Assembly: GCA_017513085.1 (NCBI GenBank)
Contig: JAFWDK010000012.1
Location: forward strand, 1 to 64,000
DNA length: 64,000 nt
DNA from: Clostridiales bacterium
GTDB lineage: Bacteria; Bacillota; Clostridia; Saccharofermentanales; Saccharofermentanaceae
Direction of reading: 5' to 3'
Positions 59,992 to 64,000 of the stretch are shown in pieces. Position 1 is the first letter of the stretch. Every line of letters starts with the position of its first letter. The notes below the pieces were generated by a model. It was not told where the DNA came from, ran no database searches, and saw only the letters and a program-made list of their open reading frames with translations. The translations under genes and the position numbers were made by a program.

Positions 59992-61142
59992 GGGAGAAAA
60001 AGAAGCGGATTCTTTTTCTTTGGGGCGCCGGCATCGTGCTGCCTCTGCTGCTGATCGGACTTCTTTATGTGTTGCAAAGATTTCTCATTTCGTATCCAGC
60101 TATAGGCGAGGCCTATGCGAGAGGACCTTTCAAGTTTTTATCCTATCTCCCGTCGAGGCTTTCGAGCCTTGTCCCGATCTCGATCACGGAAGTTCTCTGT
60201 TTGACGGCGGCCCTGGCGTCTCCTTTCCTGATCGCCTGGTTTATCCTGCGCATAGTCAGATCTATAAGGCAGAAAAAAGGTCGGAAGTTTTTCTTCGGAA
60301 AAGCACGCATCCTGACCTGGGGGCTTTTTGCCATGTATGCGTTTTTCATGCTCTTTCATGGCATCAACTACACACGCCGTCCGCTCGAGGAATCTCTGGG
60401 ATTCGGGCAGAGGACATATACTGTCGAGGAACTTGGCGAAGTATATATATGGGTGATCCTTCAGATCAACGAGGCGAGGACGAAGAGTTTTGAGGACGAA
60501 AACGGCGTCATCGCGTATCCGGGCGGAATGAATGTGTTCTGGGATGAGGCGCAGAGACACTATAGGGATGCAGCATCGATCTTTCCTTCGCTTCAGGGAA
60601 ATGTGGGCAGGCCCAAACCGGTCGCAGCATCCCGCTACTGGTCCTACACGAACATTGTAGGCCTTTACGACCCGTTCCTGTGCGAATGCAACGTCAACAA
60701 AGCCACCACATTTACGGAAATCGCGAGCAGTGCTTTTCACGAAATGTCTCATCTAAACGGATATGCCGTCGAGAACAATGCGAATCTGGCATCCATGCTC
60801 ATCCGCATGAACTGCGACAAGCCGGAGATCCGCTATAGCGGGTTCTCGGACGCGCTGCCCCTGATCGAGGAGGATTTTGTCAAAGCGTTCAACGGAAATT
60901 CCGACGTCATCCGACAGGTCCTCGAGCAGGTGCCGCTCTGCGACGGATTCTACCGGGACTGGGCGGCTCGTGTCGAATTCTGGGACAGCATCAACCCGCC
61001 GCCGATCGTGGAGACGGTGTCGAATAATGTCAACGATTCTTTTCTCAAGGTCAACCAGCAGAAAGAGGGCGTGCAGAGTTACCATGTGCAGCCTTCGGTG
61101 GTGGCCGATTATTACTATACTTACGTGAAACCGCAGGAGTGA
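59988..61142 (+). CDS. DUF3810 family membrane protein (HExxH)
   Basis: GINYTR, GLYDPF..ECNVN, HEMSH; GTGA overlap start. Confidence 0.85.
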   Translation: MREKKKRILFLWGAGIVLPLLLIGLLYVLQRFLISYPAIGEAYARGPFKFLSYLPSRLSSLVPISITEVLCLTAALASPFLIAWFILRIVRSIRQKKGRKFFFGKARILTWGLFAMYAFFMLFHGINYTRRPLEESLGFGQRTYTVEELGEVYIWVILQINEARTKSFEDENGVIAYPGGMNVFWDEAQRHYRDAASIFPSLQGNVGRPKPVAASRYWSYTNIVGLYDPFLCECNVNKATTFTEIASSAFHEMSHLNGYAVENNANLASMLIRMNCDKPEIRYSGFSDALPLIEEDFVKAFNGNSDVIRQVLEQVPLCDGFYRDWAARVEFWDSINPPPIVETVSNNVNDSFLKVNQQKEGVQSYHVQPSVVADYYYTYVKPQE

Positions 61143-61145
61143 GCC

Positions 61146-62588
61146 ATGCTGACGATCCGACTGATTGGACATGAACATTTTTATCCGCTGTGCGATGTGG
61201 CGCGTCTGTTTACGGGCGTGATCCCACGCGTGGATGGGGATACGATCCGGGTGGACGTTCCGTCCGAGGCCGTGATCGAGAGCCGTTTGTCCGAGGGAAA
61301 AGCACTGACTTCGGTTGTGGAGGGTTTTCCCGAGCTTGTGGGGGAGCTTCGTGCGGTGCGAAAGCAGGAGGATCTTCCGTCTTCGCGGGAGTGCAAGAGA
61401 CAGCTGTATGTTCTTCTTTCCAGGGCGTACGGGAAAGAGTTTCCCTGGGGCGCGCTGACCGGGATCCGTCCGACGCAGGTAGCCCGGGAAGTGGACCGAG
61501 CGGAAGATCTGATGCGGATCTACGGCGTGCGTGAGGATAAGGCGAAGCTTGCTTTTGCGACCATGCGTGGAGAAGATGATGTGCTGGCGGATTCGGATCC
61601 CGAGAGCCTGCATGTATATATCGGCATACCATTCTGTCCGACGAGATGCGCGTACTGTTCTTTTGTCGCACAGGAAGCGCCCCGGAAAACGAAGCTTCTG
61701 CCATCTTACGCGGAGGCGGTGCTTCGGGAACTGGATCTGGTCCTGCCGAAGATACGTAAGCCGATCGAGACGCTGTATATCGGCGGAGGAACGCCTACAG
61801 TCCTGGATGATGAGCTTTTTACGGAATTCATCCGGGGCGTGTTTTCCCATCCTGAGTTTTCGAGCCTTCGGGAAGTGACGGTAGAAGCGGGAAGACCGGA
61901 TACCATTACGGAGAAAAAACTGGCTGCTCTTCGGGAAGCGGGAGTGACGCGGATCTGCATCAACCCGCAGACTTTGTCCGACGCGACGCTTCTTCGTGTC
62001 GGCAGAAAGCACACTGCCGAGGACTTCCTTAGAAAATTCGAGCTGGCCCGCTCAATGGGCTTTTCGGTCATCAACACGGACCTGATCGCCGGCCTTCCGG
62101 GTGAAAGCGCGGAAGAATTCTGTGATTCGCTTTCTCAGCTGATCGGGCTTGGTCCGGAGAACATCACGGTGCATTCTCTCTCGAAAAAGAGAAGAGCCGA
62201 CCTTTCCCGTGAAGAGGTCCTTCGCGAGCAGGAGGAAGAGCTCGGGAAAATGGAGCAAATGCTTTCGTTTTCTTCGCGCGTGTTGTCTGAAGCGGGTTAT
62301 GCGCCGTACTATCTTTATAAGCAGAAAGACACCTTGGGCGGTCACGAGAATGTGGGTTACCAGAAAGACGGCACGAGCTGTATCTATAATGTCGCCATGA
62401 TGAGTGACCAGAGAAGTGTCCTGTCTTTCGGCGCGGGCGGCATGAGCAAGAGAGTCTTCCTTCAGGAAGAAAGCCACCAGGTCCGGATCGAACGGTGCCC
62501 GTGCATCAAGGACGCCATCCAGTACATCGAAAATGTCGAGAAGATGGCTGAAAAGAAAGTGCTTTTCTTTCAGACGGAGGGAAAGTGA
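61146..62588 (+). CDS. hemZ: HemZ-like radical SAM protein
   Basis: PWGALTGIRP, CPTRCAYC, YIGGGTP, EAGRPD, PYYLYKQK. Confidence 0.92.
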   Translation: MLTIRLIGHEHFYPLCDVARLFTGVIPRVDGDTIRVDVPSEAVIESRLSEGKALTSVVEGFPELVGELRAVRKQEDLPSSRECKRQLYVLLSRAYGKEFPWGALTGIRPTQVAREVDRAEDLMRIYGVREDKAKLAFATMRGEDDVLADSDPESLHVYIGIPFCPTRCAYCSFVAQEAPRKTKLLPSYAEAVLRELDLVLPKIRKPIETLYIGGGTPTVLDDELFTEFIRGVFSHPEFSSLREVTVEAGRPDTITEKKLAALREAGVTRICINPQTLSDATLLRVGRKHTAEDFLRKFELARSMGFSVINTDLIAGLPGESAEEFCDSLSQLIGLGPENITVHSLSKKRRADLSREEVLREQEEELGKMEQMLSFSSRVLSEAGYAPYYLYKQKDTLGGHENVGYQKDGTSCIYNVAMMSDQRSVLSFGAGGMSKRVFLQEESHQVRIERCPCIKDAIQYIENVEKMAEKKVLFFQTEGK

Positions 62589-62683
62589 CAAAAGGTGTAG
62601 TAAAGCCCGGCGGGAATTGGGTATAATACATGCTGACACACGGGTTGCCGTGATTGGATGGGAAGGGAGAAGAGCGAGGCCGC

Positions 62684-64000
62684 ATGGATCAAGAGGCGTT
62701 TCGGAAACTGAAAGACCGGGTTTTCGGGGAAGAGAAGAAGCTTCACCGCGCCTTCTATCTCGGCGTGTTCGCGTTCGTCTCGCTTTTTCTTTTCTATAAC
62801 CTCTACCGCATCGTGTTCGCGGTCCACGACGACATCCTGATGTACGCCATCGCAAGAAACGGCAACATCGGGGAAGAAGCGCTTTGTGCCGCGAAATTCG
62901 GGCGGCTCTCGCAACTGTGGGATTATCTGTTGCTGTCGATCCCGTTCCTGGCGAACAAGCTTTGGTTCTACAAGATGATCGCCTATTTATCCATTCTTTT
63001 CGATGTCTGGGCGATGTGGTATTTCGTCCGCAAGCACATCGACCGGTCGTTTGCGGATCTTTGCGCGATCAGTTTTATGGCGTTTGCGACCATCTCGCCG
63101 CAGCACAATCTTTTCATCACATACGCACTGTGCCACCAGATCCCGATCGGACTGTTCTTCCTGGCACTGCACTATTTCCTTAGATTTTACGAGGGCAAAC
63201 GCAAGAAGGATCAGATCCTCTCCTGCGTGTTCTATCTTGCGTCCTGCATGATCTACGAAACATTCCTCGTGCTCATGCTGGTCTTCGGCGTGGCCGCGTG
63301 TTTTCTCGTCGGCCGGGAGAAGAAGGGTTTCCTGAAATTCTGCCGCGACGTGCTGCTCCTGATCCTGCCGCAGCTCCTCTGCGCCGCCTCTTACGCGGTC
63401 GCGCACACGGTCTGGCAGCACTACTATCCGTCGCCGTACGAGGGGCTCTCGCTCTATCTGGACGAGCCGCTCTACAGCGCCAAAGCCGTTTACAAGTTCA
63501 GCATCTCGCTTTTCCCGCTGGAATCCATGAACTGGCTCCACAAGACAGAAGGCATCACGTTCGCACAATTCCTCCACGGCATTACGATCGCCAGTGTGGC
63601 AAAAGCACTTCTCGTGGCGGGTGCTTTTGGCCTGGTATTGGCGATGGTGGCGAAGCGTGTGAAGTTCAAGGGCCATCTTGCCGTGATGGCGGTCGGTACG
63701 CTTGCGCCGTGCATCCTGATCGGTTTCAACCTGAAATACGTGAATGTGGCCAAAAGCGGTGTCACGACGTATATTCCGTCGTTTTACAGTTATGTGTTCC
63801 TGATCGTTTTGTTTTGCGGGCTGGTGTGCCTGGTGTATAAGTTCCTGAAACCGTTGTGGCTGCGTGGTTTGTACGTGGCGGCCGTTTTGGGGCTCGTGAT
63901 CGTGCTGAGCCTGGCTTCGGATTTTACGGTGGACTACTGGAAAGCGCGCTTCCTGCCGCAGGAAGTCCGTTACGAGAATTTCGACCGGGCGGTGTCTTCC
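62684..64000 (+). CDS. Polytopic membrane protein, possibly GT-C glycosyltransferase; 3'-truncated and absent from the ORF track
   Basis: MDQEAFRKLK..., TM1 followed by AVHDD, then FGR and many TM helices; appears to run off the window end. Confidence 0.7.
   Translation, partial: MDQEAFRKLKDRVFGEEKKLHRAFYLGVFAFVSLFLFYNLYRIVFAVHDDILMYAIARNGNIGEEALCAAKFGRLSQLWDYLLLSIPFLANKLWFYKMIAYLSILFDVWAMWYFVRKHIDRSFADLCAISFMAFATISPQHNLFITYALCHQIPIGLFFLALHYFLRFYEGKRKKDQILSCVFYLASCMIYETFLVLMLVFGVAACFLVGREKKGFLKFCRDVLLLILPQLLCAASYAVAHTVWQHYYPSPYEGLSLYLDEPLYSAKAVYKFSISLFPLESMNWLHKTEGITFAQFLHGITIASVAKALLVAGAFGLVLAMVAKRVKFKGHLAVMAVGTLAPCILIGFNLKYVNVAKSGVTTYIPSFYSYVFLIVLFCGLVCLVYKFLKPLWLRGLYVAAVLGLVIVLSLASDFTVDYWKARFLPQEVRYENFDRAVSS

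Noticed and set aside
60753-62855. 419-aa and 267-aa minus-strand ORFs
   Set aside because: Antisense to DUF3810 and hemZ; no recognisable motifs

Overview
Bacterial (Bacillota/Clostridia-like) chromosomal window with two compartments. About 1-35.6 kb is visibly AT-richer accessory DNA. It holds the 3' end of an NRPS/FkbH/glycosyltransferase cluster and a tandem set of secreted surface proteins with DUF4214-type C-terminal anchors; five genes in this block share a two-hairpin upstream element and duplicated terminators. It also holds a stand-alone PD-(D/E)XK nuclease-like gene, IS66 and yjdF relics, and a complete type I-E CRISPR-Cas locus with a Cas2-DEDDh fusion and a 26-repeat array. A defence-island-like tail follows: a DUF2075 nuclease-helicase coupled to a MazG-like pyrophosphatase, a lone STAS/HATPase gene and an Imm41-like gene. 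About 35.7-64 kb is GC-richer core-like DNA: two-component systems, an ABC exporter, CBS-pyrophosphatase, GH43, a hybrid kinase/GGDEF operon, serS, pssA, type II PanK and hemZ. The best candidates for undescribed biology are the DUF2075+MazG operon next to the CRISPR array, the covarying leader element in the surface-protein array, and the FkbH/VOC/Cys-thioesterase NRPS module. All calls come from motif recognition by eye; no database searches were run.
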